Shown: in pieces, positions 1 to 8,756 of the stretch
Position numbering within the stretch: the stretch's first letter is position 1
Layout: every line of letters begins with the position of its first letter
NCBI GenBank assembly: GCA_963805945.1
Contig: CAWDVP010000006.1
Location: 1-64,000 of the forward strand
Source: Vulcanimicrobiota bacterium
GTDB taxonomy: Bacteria; Vulcanimicrobiota; Vulcanimicrobiia; Eremiobacterales; Eremiobacteraceae
Reading direction: 5' to 3'
Length of the DNA: 64,000 bases
Notes under the pieces: generated by a model
Seen by the model: the letters and a program-made list of their open reading frames with translations, nothing else
Told to the model about the DNA's origin: nothing
The model's database searches: none
Translations under genes and position numbers: made by a program

Positions 1-542
1 GACCAGTTCGCCGCTGCGCCTGGTCGGCGTAACCGCCTTGTCGTTCTGCGAGGCATGCGCGCCTTGCGTCGAGTCATTCGCCGCACTCTGGCGGAAGCCG
101 GCATCGTAAACGTCAAATCCGCGATCGAAGCCCGGCGCCAACCCTCACGGGGATCGAGCTGGACTGAGCCGACGAAGGCAGCGGTGCGGTAACCCTGAGA
201 GCGGAGTAAGTCCGGCAGGAAGGGAAGCGCCGTTGCTAGCGGCGCTCCCAGTTCGCTGGCGTGATTGGTCTGCGGATAGGTTCCCGAGAGGATGACTGCG
301 TGCGAAACCACGGTGCCCGGCGCTTGCGCGTATGCGCGCTCAAAGACGATGCTTTGCCGAGCGAGGGCATCAAGATTGGGAGTGAGTTTGTCGTGCGCGC
401 CAAGGAAGCCCATGCGGTCGGCCCGCGTCGAGTCAAGGGTGATCAGGAGGATGTTAGGTTTCGTCGCCCCCGAAGAATGGGCCGGGAGAAGAGCCGAGAT
501 CAGGAGGCCGAAAAAACACCAGAAAAGCGCCCGACGAAGCAT
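1..542 (-). CDS. Sulfatase-like / alkaline phosphatase superfamily protein, N-terminal part (runs off the window; probable 1-nt frameshift near 140)
   Basis: Manual translation: signal peptide, then KPNILLITLDSTRADRMGF...TPNLDALARQSIVFERAYAQAPGTVVSHAVILSG...GYRTAAFVGS...GFDRGFDVYD; lacks the C/S-x-P-x-R formylglycine motif. Confidence 0.8.
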   Translation of the reverse strand, partial: MLRRALFWCFFGLLISALLPAHSSGATKPNILLITLDSTRADRMGFLGAHDKLTPNLDALARQSIVFERAYAQAPGTVVSHAVILSGTYPQTNHASELGAPLATALPFLPDLLRSQGYRTAAFVGSVQLDPREGWRRASIADLTFTMPASARVRRMTRRKARMPRRTTRRLRRPGAAANW

Positions 543-553
543 AGGAGAGAAGT

Positions 554-958
554 CTAATGCCTGGCGGCGGCAGTCTGGAAGGACGGAGGGAGCAGCAGCA
601 GGCGACGGTCACTGCTGTGGGCGTCATGACAATCCACGCATTGTCCTTTGACCACCGGCGAGTGCTGCAGTAACGCCGTGGACTTCTGGTGGCAGGCGAA
701 GCAGATCTGTTCCTTCGGCGCGGCCAGATTCAAGGTGGTCATGTCGCCTTGGGTCTCCGCCACATGGCAGACGGTGCACGAAATCGTCATGGCGGAATGC
801 ACCGACTTACCCCTGGTTTTCGCCGCGTGGCAGGAGGAACAATTGTCATCCTTGTGGAGGATACCTGGGTGTTCGGCGGCTGAGGCTGGCATGGCCGCCA
901 GCAGCAGAAACAAGCCGATAAACACTAATGGCATATTCTTATGAAAGTCGGTGGGCAC
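554..958 (-). CDS. Exported tetraheme c-type cytochrome (doubled-CXXCH type); start may be 934
   Basis: Signal peptide plus four CXXCH motifs (CSSCH, CTVCH, CFACH, CVDCH). Confidence 0.85.
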   Translation of the reverse strand: MPTDFHKNMPLVFIGLFLLLAAMPASAAEHPGILHKDDNCSSCHAAKTRGKSVHSAMTISCTVCHVAETQGDMTTLNLAAPKEQICFACHQKSTALLQHSPVVKGQCVDCHDAHSSDRRLLLLPPSFQTAAARH

Positions 959-994
959 AGGGGGCGTAGATTATCCGCGAGGCAGCGGGAAATC

Positions 995-1010
995 TGTGAT
1001 TGGGCTCACG
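995..1010. promoter_or_regulatory. Candidate CRP/FNR-family box
   Basis: TGTGA-TTGGGC-TCACG, 1 mismatch to TGTGA-N6-TCACA, in the divergent intergenic region upstream of the cytochrome. Confidence 0.4.
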
Positions 1011-1119
1011 GGCCTGAGTGATGCCGGAAAATGAAGTTCCTGCACAAGTCACCTCACTCATAAGGCTACAATCAACAACTCCAGATTAAGCCGCTGTCGT
1101 TTGGGGTGACGGGAGAGGG

Positions 1120-1536
1120 GTGATGGGGAAAATCAATTGGGCAAGGGTTGTCCTTTGCGGAATTGTCGCAGGTCTCACCTGGACCGTCCTGTCGTCCCTT
1201 ATCACCGCCTTCGTCGCAAAAGATTTCGTGGCTGCGGTGCCCGGCGGGAGATTGTCCGCACCAGGCGGCAGTCTGGTCGCGTTTCTGTTTGTCCTGAACC
1301 TGGTGATGGGCGTTTGGGCCATGTGGCTTTATGCGGCCATCCGCCCGCGCTACGGTCCGGGGCTGAAGACCGCCGTGGTGACCGGATTTTCGTGGTGGAT
1401 CATAACCAGCCTTGTAGATGCCACGTGGGGCTCTTTCGGATTCGTCGCCCCCAACGCCGTTCTGCCACCGATGGCGGCATCGCTTCCCGCCATCATTATT
1501 GCGGCAGTGGTGGGGGCATGGCTTTATCGGGAATGA
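1120..1536 (+). CDS. Hypothetical 4-TM membrane protein
   Basis: 138-aa ORF with four hydrophobic segments and a purine-rich RBS. Confidence 0.7.
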   Translation: MMGKINWARVVLCGIVAGLTWTVLSSLITAFVAKDFVAAVPGGRLSAPGGSLVAFLFVLNLVMGVWAMWLYAAIRPRYGPGLKTAVVTGFSWWIITSLVDATWGSFGFVAPNAVLPPMAASLPAIIIAAVVGAWLYRE

Positions 1537-1606
1537 AGGTGAAGGAATCAACTCGCACGTGTGGAGAAATATGTCCGCAATTGAAGCTCGACGCAAACGA
1601 AAGCCT

Positions 1607-2149
1607 ATGAAAACCTCTTTGCTGTTCTTCTTCTTGCTTGGCTCACTTTGCGTGAGCATCACGACCTTTGCGCAGAACGGCGCAAGTGCTGGTACAGCGC
1701 ATGCAGAGCCGGGTGCGCGTGAACGCCTGATCGGCACCTGGAGGCTGGTGGCCGCCGGGACCTTCCGCGCAGATGGCACGTTCGAAACTTTTTCCGAGTA
1801 CGGCCCGAATCCGAAGGGCTATCTCATGTACGACACGACGGGCCACATGTGCGTATCGCTCTCGAATGCCAATCATCCCCGCTGGGCGAAACCGGAAAAA
1901 CCGACCGACGCCGAGAGGCTGCGCTCCTTCGACGCTTTCTTCGCTTATTGCGGCGGCTACGAGGTGCTGGAGAAAGAAAGTCGAGTGATTCATCGGCCGG
2001 AGGTGGGCTCGTGGCCTCACTACATCGGAACCGATCAGAGCCGCAACTTCCGGTTCGAAGGCGACCGGCTGATGCTCTCGAGCGAGGAGACGCCTCCCGG
2101 CGGTGAGCACCGTCGCTACCTGATCACATGGGAGCGGGTAAGGCCGTGA
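1607..2149 (+). CDS. Exported lipocalin-like domain protein
   Basis: Signal peptide; LIGTWRLV...YGPNPKGYLMY...FFAYCGGY...GTDQSRNF...ITWER. Confidence 0.75.
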   Translation: MKTSLLFFFLLGSLCVSITTFAQNGASAGTAHAEPGARERLIGTWRLVAAGTFRADGTFETFSEYGPNPKGYLMYDTTGHMCVSLSNANHPRWAKPEKPTDAERLRSFDAFFAYCGGYEVLEKESRVIHRPEVGSWPHYIGTDQSRNFRFEGDRLMLSSEETPPGGEHRRYLITWERVRP

Positions 2150-2287
2150 GGCGGTCGACGGTCCACAGAGCATCGTGACACGAAGTGGGACAACTGTGGT
2201 GGTTGCTACGTCCTTTCAAATAGTACTAGTTACGCTGTCAAGGTCGGCTATTGCGTCCGGAGAGGTACATGCCTGTCAATCTCCCTT

Positions 2288-2610
2288 TTAGTCGGATATT
2301 GGGTTCTGTAACTCTCCGCGAGAACAGCGGTTTGCTAGTTCCACAAATTCAATGACACATCGTTCCGCAAGAGCAGAGGAGGACAGGAAACCAGTTGCGT
2401 TGTCTTTCCTCCAGCCGTACTCGCGCGCACGCGACCAATGGGGTGAGTACCGGGTTTCGCTTAGCTGGTCCGGTTGTTTGACGTATGCGCGGAGGCCTGT
2501 CCCGGTATCAAAACTCAGTCCGCCGCTGAACTCGCGGATGATTAGCGAACTCTTGTCCAACGTGTTTGCGTATCGCTGATACCATGTAACAATCAATCCC
2601 ACTCGACCAT
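2288..2610 (-). CDS. C-terminal fragment of a hypothetical protein, 5'-truncated at the junction
   Basis: Lower-GC ORF; upstream it runs directly into unrelated activase coding sequence. Confidence 0.5.
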
Positions 2611-2904
2611 GAGTCGGATATCATGGCGTATCTGGCACAAGGGAAGAAGATCCCCGACATCCTCGGCGGGATCCACAGCGCGATCGCAGCACGCACCATT
2701 TCGCTCGTGCGGCGCGTGGGTCTCGAACCCGAGATCACCTTCACCGGCGGCGTGTCGCTCAACGTCGGCATGGTGCATGCCCTCGAAGAGAAGCTCGGCG
2801 TGAAGATCAACGTCTGCGAGGATTCGCATTACATGGGCGCCATCGGCGCGGCCGCATTCGCTCTCGAGCGCGCTCTCGCGAGCGCCGCCGAACACGTCGC
2901 ATAA
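2611..2904 (+). CDS. C-terminal fragment of an acyl-CoA dehydratase activase / BcrAD-BadFG family ATPase
   Basis: [28 protein letters not shown]...FTGGVSLN...GAIGAA; begins mid-domain. Confidence 0.85.
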   Translation, partial: ESDIMAYLAQGKKIPDILGGIHSAIAARTISLVRRVGLEPEITFTGGVSLNVGMVHALEEKLGVKINVCEDSHYMGAIGAAAFALERALASAAEHVA

Positions 2905-2913
2905 GGAGCCGTC

Positions 2914-3705
2914 ATGGGTCTCATCGCTGGTATCGACATCGGATCGCGCGCGACGAAGATCGCGCTCATCGAGCGGGGCGGCGCGCTGCGCGGCTGGCAC
3001 CTCGCGCGCACCAAGCCGCCGTTCGAGGACTTGGTGGATGCCGCGCTCGCCGAGGCGCTCGCCGCCGTCGGTGCGTCGCGCGCCGATGTCGACTACGTCA
3101 TCACGACCGGCTTCGGGCGCGCGAGCTACCCGGAACGCGACACGCAGGTCACCGACATCAGCTCAGCCGCCTTCGGCGCCACGGCGATGTTCCCGAACAC
3201 GCGCTGCGTCATCGACATCGGTTCGCAGAGCTCGCGCGCGATGCGTGTGGACGAGATCGGGCGCGTGAAGGAGTTCAAGTCCAACGACAAGTGCGCCGCC
3301 GGCGCGGGCGGTTTCGTCGAGCGCGCCGCGCGCTATCTGGAGATCGGACTCGAAGACGTGAGCGACCTCTCGTTGGCGGGCGGTGACCCGGTGACGATAT
3401 CCAGCATCTGCGCGGTGCTGGCCGAGTCGGAGATCATCAACCACGTGAGCCAAGGCCGCACGGTCGAAGACATCCTGCGCGGCGTCCACAACTCGCTCGC
3501 CGATCGTGCGGTGGCGCTGCTCAAACGCGTCGGCGTCGAGCCGGAGATCACGCTCGTGGGCGGCATGGCTCGACAGGCGGGCATGATCCGCGCGCTTTCG
3601 GAGATGCTCGAGATGCCGGTGAACGTGCCGGACACGCCGGAGATCGTCAACGCGTTAGGTGCAGCGCTGCTGGCCAAGCGAAGGCTGGAAAAGGTCGCCG
3701 CGTGA
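2914..3705 (+). CDS. Acyl-CoA dehydratase activase / benzoyl-CoA reductase subunit-like ATPase (BcrAD-BadFG family, [4Fe-4S])
   Basis: GIDIGS, TTGFGR, DIGSQ, NDKCAAGAG, SICAVLAESE. Confidence 0.9.
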   Translation: MGLIAGIDIGSRATKIALIERGGALRGWHLARTKPPFEDLVDAALAEALAAVGASRADVDYVITTGFGRASYPERDTQVTDISSAAFGATAMFPNTRCVIDIGSQSSRAMRVDEIGRVKEFKSNDKCAAGAGGFVERAARYLEIGLEDVSDLSLAGGDPVTISSICAVLAESEIINHVSQGRTVEDILRGVHNSLADRAVALLKRVGVEPEITLVGGMARQAGMIRALSEMLEMPVNVPDTPEIVNALGAALLAKRRLEKVAA

Positions 3706-4178
3706 TGGGCGCGCTCGATACGCTCCGCCACGAGCACGAGGTCATCCTCGACGTCGTGGATCGCATGGAAGAAGAGACAGATCGGCGCGCGGGCGAGCTG
3801 CCCGTGGCGTTCCTGCGGGGCACGCTGGAGTTCTTGCGCGTGTTCGTCGAAGAGAACCACCACGGCAAGGAAGAACGCGCACTGTTCCCGATCATGCGCG
3901 AAGATCCGGCGTTGGCGGGAATGGCCGCGGTCCTGGCGGAGGAGCACGAGGAGGCACGCCGCCTGGTGGCGATCATGGAGCGTTCGCTCGCCGACGTATC
4001 GGCAGGCGTGGCGTTCGCGGCGGCGCTGCACGAGTATGCCCGCCTCATCCGGGATCACATCTTCAAAGAGAACGAGATGATCTTCGTGGCCGCGGAAGCC
4101 GCCTTCAGCGCCGCAGACGCGGAGCGAGTGGGCCGATCCTTCGCGCTCGTCGAAAAAGAGGTCAGCTCAGGATATTGA
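3702..4178 (+). CDS. Hemerythrin HHE-domain protein
   Basis: EH...HHGKEE..LFP...EEHE...HIFKEN. Confidence 0.85.
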   Translation: MMGALDTLRHEHEVILDVVDRMEEETDRRAGELPVAFLRGTLEFLRVFVEENHHGKEERALFPIMREDPALAGMAAVLAEEHEEARRLVAIMERSLADVSAGVAFAAALHEYARLIRDHIFKENEMIFVAAEAAFSAADAERVGRSFALVEKEVSSGY

Positions 4179-4833
4179 CGGCGCGCGCCGCGACCAGCGC
4201 GATCGTCAGCAATGAGATCAGCGCCTCGATGGTCATCAGCGTCTTCGCCCATGTGGTGAGCGGCATGGTGTCGGTGGGGCTGAACGCAGTCGCGTTCGTG
4301 AAGCCGAGATACAGGTAATCCATGAAGCTCGGCAGCCAGCCGGCGGGCGCGTTATTGGGAGAGAGCATCTGCGGGAAGAGGAAGTCCGCGTCGCGGATCG
4401 ATGTGATCAGGCGCGCCTGAGGGCCGCCGCGGTCGAGCTCCCAGAACCACAGCGCGAACACCAAGATGTTGGTGGACCAGATCGCCGCCGCCGCATAGAG
4501 CAGGCCTAGGCCGCTCTCCTTTGGGGAGCCGGTCACGAGCGCGTGCACGAGCAGCACGAGGGACGCGATATTCGCCGCATTCACGATCGCGAACATCACG
4601 ATCGCCGCGATGCGCCGGACTTTGATCGACTCGCTGATGCGGATCGGCCCCGACACGAGCAGCGGGATGTCGAGCAGGACGATCAGCATAGGCATGAGCC
4701 AGGGCGGCCCCAGCGTGAGGTGCGGCGGCAGGCTCAAGTACAGCAGTGCGGCTGCGAAGACCGCGACGCCAGGCGGCCAGCGCGCCTCCGAGCGCTCGAT
4801 CTCGCATAATGGATGCTGGGCCGTCTTCGTCAC
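4162..4833 (-). CDS. DUF1345-like membrane protein
   Basis: WFWELDRGGP, DFLFPQM, DYLYLGFTNATAFSPTDTMPL. Confidence 0.75.
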   Translation of the reverse strand: MTKTAQHPLCEIERSEARWPPGVAVFAAALLYLSLPPHLTLGPPWLMPMLIVLLDIPLLVSGPIRISESIKVRRIAAIVMFAIVNAANIASLVLLVHALVTGSPKESGLGLLYAAAAIWSTNILVFALWFWELDRGGPQARLITSIRDADFLFPQMLSPNNAPAGWLPSFMDYLYLGFTNATAFSPTDTMPLTTWAKTLMTIEALISLLTIALVAARAVNILS

Positions 4834-4836
4834 CCG

Positions 4837-6315
4837 TTAGTGCCCGCTGTCGGAGACCGTGCACGGCGCCATCACCGCGGTGGACATGCCGTGGATGAGG
4901 CGTTTGTCCGAGGGCACGATCGTCGCGAGGACGCCGGAGAGCTTCGCCTCGTCGCCGCTGACGAAGTAGTACGGGCATAGCCGCACGCGGCCGTCCATCG
5001 TCTTGATGTCGCCGGATGCGATGTCGAGGTAGGGGATCTGCACGCGCCGGCCTTTGTGGAAGCGCTGGAGGATGTGCGGCGTCTTATGGAAGATCGCCAA
5101 GCCGCCGTCGATCACCGCCATCCATTCGTCTTTGGTGAGATCGTCGCCGACGTAGACGCCCTTGCTGCCCCACGACAGCTCCGAGAAGCCGGATGGCTTC
5201 ACGACATACTGCCGCTCGGACTTCGAGAGGCCGTACAGCTGGCTCCAGTAGTACAGCGGATGGCCTTCGGGCGTCAGCCCGGAGACGACCGCCTGCGGCG
5301 GCATGGGGCGTGGATCCAGGATCCAGGTGCGCGGGAACAGATTGAGCGTGCGCTCGTACGCCTCGGCGCCCATCTCCTGACGCCACAGCGGCTCGAGCGT
5401 GCCGTGGTGGAGCAGCGCGAACGTCAGCTTCTCTTCGAAGAACGATTTCGGCGGCGGCGTCACGACGACGCGTTTGTGGCGCGCGGCGTAGAAGAAGAGC
5501 TCCTGCTTGGGGATGTTGAGCAGGTCGAACAGCTCGAAGAAGCGGTAGAGCAGGTCGACGGTGCGCCGCCCGTTGGGCGTGTCCACGACGAGCGCTTCCT
5601 CGGTGAAGACGACCTCTTCGGCCTTCACGGTGACCGCCTCGGCGAGCCCGGCGCGCGCGAGCGCCGCCGCGAGCCACACCATCTCGCCGCGATAGTCCTC
5701 GGATTCGGCGGAGACGACGATCGCGATGACCGGCTTCTCCTTGCCGGTGAGCGAGCGCGCCATAGCGGCGAAGCCGCGCACGATGCCGTCGAACTCGCCG
5801 ACCTGATCGTAGCCGAGCTCGCAGTACGTCTCGCCCATCGCGCCGACGAAACCCATGCCGCCCGGCACCGCGTCGAGCTCGACGGCGATCATGCCGTCGT
5901 CGACCACCTTTTCGGTGAGGATGATGTCAGGCCTGATGATCGAGGGCGTGTCTTGCTTGAAGCGGTTCTGGCGCTGCAGCCGGACGATCTGTTCGGGCTT
6001 GCCGAGCTCGAGATACTCGTGCACGAAGCCGGGAGCAGTGCCGCGCACGCTCTGCATGTAGATCTTGTTGAGCGCGCGATAGAACTTGAGGAGGTCCGCG
6101 CCGATGGTCTCTAGTCTGGCGACGGTCGCGGGAGCGAGCGGGAACGGTTCGGGGGTGATGCGCCAGGCGATCTGCGCGGCCTCGGGGGCCGCCTGCCCGG
6201 CGACGCTGCGGAACAGGTTGGGCGAAAGATGTTCTGCGATGTAATGCGCCCGGTCCGCGGGGGACCTGGGTGCCAGAACATTGGCGCTACATGGCATGGA
6301 GCGCATGTACCCCAC
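4837..6315 (-). CDS. Uncharacterised ATP-grasp-like protein (glutathionylspermidine-synthase-like); start uncertain
   Basis: IRPD, ELDAVPGGMG, LYRFFELFD, VKPSGFSELSWGSKG, RVRLCPYY. Confidence 0.55.
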   Translation of the reverse strand: MGYMRSMPCSANVLAPRSPADRAHYIAEHLSPNLFRSVAGQAAPEAAQIAWRITPEPFPLAPATVARLETIGADLLKFYRALNKIYMQSVRGTAPGFVHEYLELGKPEQIVRLQRQNRFKQDTPSIIRPDIILTEKVVDDGMIAVELDAVPGGMGFVGAMGETYCELGYDQVGEFDGIVRGFAAMARSLTGKEKPVIAIVVSAESEDYRGEMVWLAAALARAGLAEAVTVKAEEVVFTEEALVVDTPNGRRTVDLLYRFFELFDLLNIPKQELFFYAARHKRVVVTPPPKSFFEEKLTFALLHHGTLEPLWRQEMGAEAYERTLNLFPRTWILDPRPMPPQAVVSGLTPEGHPLYYWSQLYGLSKSERQYVVKPSGFSELSWGSKGVYVGDDLTKDEWMAVIDGGLAIFHKTPHILQRFHKGRRVQIPYLDIASGDIKTMDGRVRLCPYYFVSGDEAKLSGVLATIVPSDKRLIHGMSTAVMAPCTVSDSGH

Positions 6316-6465
6316 ACCGCGGCGCCTGGCATGTACACGCCGGCGGCAGCTTAGGCTGGCGATGGAATCTGAAAAGATGTCTGATCATCGTTGGGACGCA
6401 AAACTTTGGGCCGTCCCGGGTCGCACTCCTGCAAAAGCCAGGGGCGGCGTGCCGCAATCGCAGAA

Positions 6466-7404
6466 ATGAAGCGGGCTATGCCAGGCACAGAGGCGGCGGT
6501 CGTCGCGCGAGGTCTGACGAAACGCTACGGCGAGGTCGAAGCGGTTCGCGGCATCGACTTCACGATCGCGCCGCAGGAGTGCTTCGGTTTTCTCGGCGTC
6601 AACGGCGCCGGCAAGACCAGCACGATGAAGATGATCTATTGCCGGACGACCAAGTCCGCCGGCGAGCTGCGCGTGCTCGGCATGGACGCGGCGACCCATC
6701 CGGCGCACATCAAGCAGCGCATCGGCGTGGTGACGCAGGAGAACGCGCTCGATCCGGAGCTCACCGTCGCTGAGAACATCCAGCTCTACGCCTCGTTCTT
6801 CGGCATCCGCGGTCCGGCGGCGCGCACGAAGTGCGACGCGCTGCTGCGCAGCATGAGCCTGGAAGGCAAGGCGGGCGCGAACATCCGCGAGCTGTCAGGC
6901 GGCATGAAGCGCCGGCTCGCGATCGCGCGTGCACTGGTGAACGAGCCGGAGATGCTCATCCTCGACGAGCCGACGACGGGTCTGGATCCGCAGGCGCGCT
7001 TGATGGTGTGGCAGCAGCTGCTCGAGTTCCGCGACCGCGGCATCACGCTCGTGCTCACCTCGCACTATATGGAAGAAGCCGCGCGTCTGTGCGACCGGCT
7101 CGTCATCATGGACGAGGGCACGATCTTGGCGGAGAACACGCCGGCGGGGCTGGTGGAGCAGTTCGCTGCGCGCGATGTCTTGGAGCTCGTCGGCGTGGAG
7201 CGCGAGCTCGAGGGGTTGGCGCTCGATGGCTTGGTGCGCCGGCGCGAACGCCATGGCGACACGGTCTACCTCTATAATGATGACAACCGCGCGCTGCTGC
7301 GCAGGCTCGGCGAACTCGGACTCGACGCGCCGCGCCACGTCGCGCGCGCCGCGAGCCTCGAAGACGTGTTCTTGAACATCACCGGCCGGGAGCTGGCGGA
7401 ATGA
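6466..7404 (+). CDS. ABC-2 exporter ATP-binding subunit (NodI-like)
   Basis: GVNGAGKT, LSGGMKRRL, ILDEPTTGLDPQAR, SHYMEEA. Confidence 0.9.
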   Translation: MKRAMPGTEAAVVARGLTKRYGEVEAVRGIDFTIAPQECFGFLGVNGAGKTSTMKMIYCRTTKSAGELRVLGMDAATHPAHIKQRIGVVTQENALDPELTVAENIQLYASFFGIRGPAARTKCDALLRSMSLEGKAGANIRELSGGMKRRLAIARALVNEPEMLILDEPTTGLDPQARLMVWQQLLEFRDRGITLVLTSHYMEEAARLCDRLVIMDEGTILAENTPAGLVEQFAARDVLELVGVERELEGLALDGLVRRRERHGDTVYLYNDDNRALLRRLGELGLDAPRHVARAASLEDVFLNITGRELAE

Positions 7405-8177
7405 GCCCGCTCGCAGCGTTCTTCCGCCCGAACACGTGGAACGTGTTCCGCCGCAACTACATCGCCTGGCGCAAATACGCGATGTCATCCGTGGCGATCA
7501 ATCTGGTGGAGCCGTTCGCGTACTTCTTGGCGATCGGCCTCGGGCTCGGCGCGTACCTCACGCTCGGCTCGGGCAACTCGCTGCTGCAGTTCATGGCGCC
7601 CGGCATGCTCGGGCTGGCGGCGTTGAACGCGGCGACCTTCGACGCGTGTTGGGGCTCGTTCGAGCGCTTGAACTTCAACGGCGTCTACGAAGCGATGGTC
7701 ACCGCGCCGGTGGATCCGCTGGAGATCGCGGCGGGCGAGTATCTGTGGGAAGGCTTTCGCGCCGCGCTGTACGGCGCGCTGTTCTTGTGCGTCATCGTGG
7801 TGCTGGGGCTGGTGCACTCGTGGTGGGTGCTGCTCTCCATCCCGCTGCTGTATCTGTGCGGCATCATGTTCGCGATCCCAGCGCTCGCGGTGGCGATGAT
7901 GGTGAAGACGCAGGAGCACCTGTTCTATTACTTCTCGCTCGTCGCGACGCCCATGGTGATGATCAGCGGCGTGTTCTTCCCGCTCGACAAGGTGCCGCAC
8001 TGGTTGCAAGTGGTGGCGTGGTGGTCGCCGCTGTACCACGCGGTGAACATCTTCCGCGGGCTGGTGCTCGGGCATCTGAGCACCGGCATCGCGCTGGATT
8101 TGCTATGGCTGCTGGTGGCAAGCGCGCTGCTGGCCTACGTGCCGATGCGCTTCTTGCGCGACAAGCTCGCGCGCTAA
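7401..8177 (+). CDS. ABC-2 exporter permease (NodJ-like)
   Basis: Six TM segments, FMAPGM, SGVFFP, SPLYHAV; overlaps the ATPase stop. Confidence 0.9.
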   Translation: MSPLAAFFRPNTWNVFRRNYIAWRKYAMSSVAINLVEPFAYFLAIGLGLGAYLTLGSGNSLLQFMAPGMLGLAALNAATFDACWGSFERLNFNGVYEAMVTAPVDPLEIAAGEYLWEGFRAALYGALFLCVIVVLGLVHSWWVLLSIPLLYLCGIMFAIPALAVAMMVKTQEHLFYYFSLVATPMVMISGVFFPLDKVPHWLQVVAWWSPLYHAVNIFRGLVLGHLSTGIALDLLWLLVASALLAYVPMRFLRDKLAR

Positions 8178-8179
8178 GA

Positions 8180-8207
8180 TGTAGGGGTCGATCTTCAGAT
8201 CGACCCT
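8180..8207 (+). repeat. GTAG-type REP hairpin (family A)
   Basis: TGTAG-GGGTCGATC-TTCA-GATCGACCCT between convergent genes. Confidence 0.8.
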
Positions 8208-8210
8208 CGT

Positions 8211-8756
8211 CTACGTCTGGCTCGTCGTGGGCATGCGGCGCACACCCCCGGGATACGCGCCGCTCGGGTGGCGAGCGGCCCAATCCTCTGAGAGCACCGC
8301 CAGATACTCGAAATTCTCCCACAGGGCGCGGGCACCGGCGCGCTGCCGTCTCGACATCGTCACGGGAAGCAGCAGCGTCCACGTGCTGAGCACGACGCCG
8401 CCCCAGAGATCGCACGCGATGACGGGGTCGATGATGCGATACTTCACCAATGCGCCGAGATTCTCGAAGATATCGCCGACGAAGCCGGCCGGCTCCAAAC
8501 TCTTGTCGAAGAGCGGCGCCGTCTTCAAATCGTCCGCGAAACCGGGTTTCTTCACGAGATCCGGCAGATCGTCGACGATGAAGTGGCGCGCGGCGGCGAA
8601 CTTGTCCGACTCGATCACCTCGCGGATCTCGGTGAGCGCGACGATCTGGTTGCCGCCGCGCAGGTGGTGTAGCTGGATAACCGCGGTGATCGCCGTCGCG
8701 GCGATGACGATGAAGGTGCCGACGGACGCGACCGCGGTGAGCAGCTCGAGGCTCAT
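8211..8756 (-). CDS. DUF4760-like protein with N-terminal TM helix
   Basis: MSLELLTAVASVGTFIVIAATAITAVIQLHHLR...FENLGALVK...WENFEYLA; ATG overlaps the upstream stop. Confidence 0.7.
   Translation of the reverse strand: MSLELLTAVASVGTFIVIAATAITAVIQLHHLRGGNQIVALTEIREVIESDKFAAARHFIVDDLPDLVKKPGFADDLKTAPLFDKSLEPAGFVGDIFENLGALVKYRIIDPVIACDLWGGVVLSTWTLLLPVTMSRRQRAGARALWENFEYLAVLSEDWAARHPSGAYPGGVRRMPTTSQT

Noticed and set aside
6350..6460. c-di-GMP-I riboswitch (GAAA hairpin and GGGACGCAAAAC)
   Set aside because: Lacks the 5' GCAAAC strand and the tetraloop receptor; an Rfam scan would settle it
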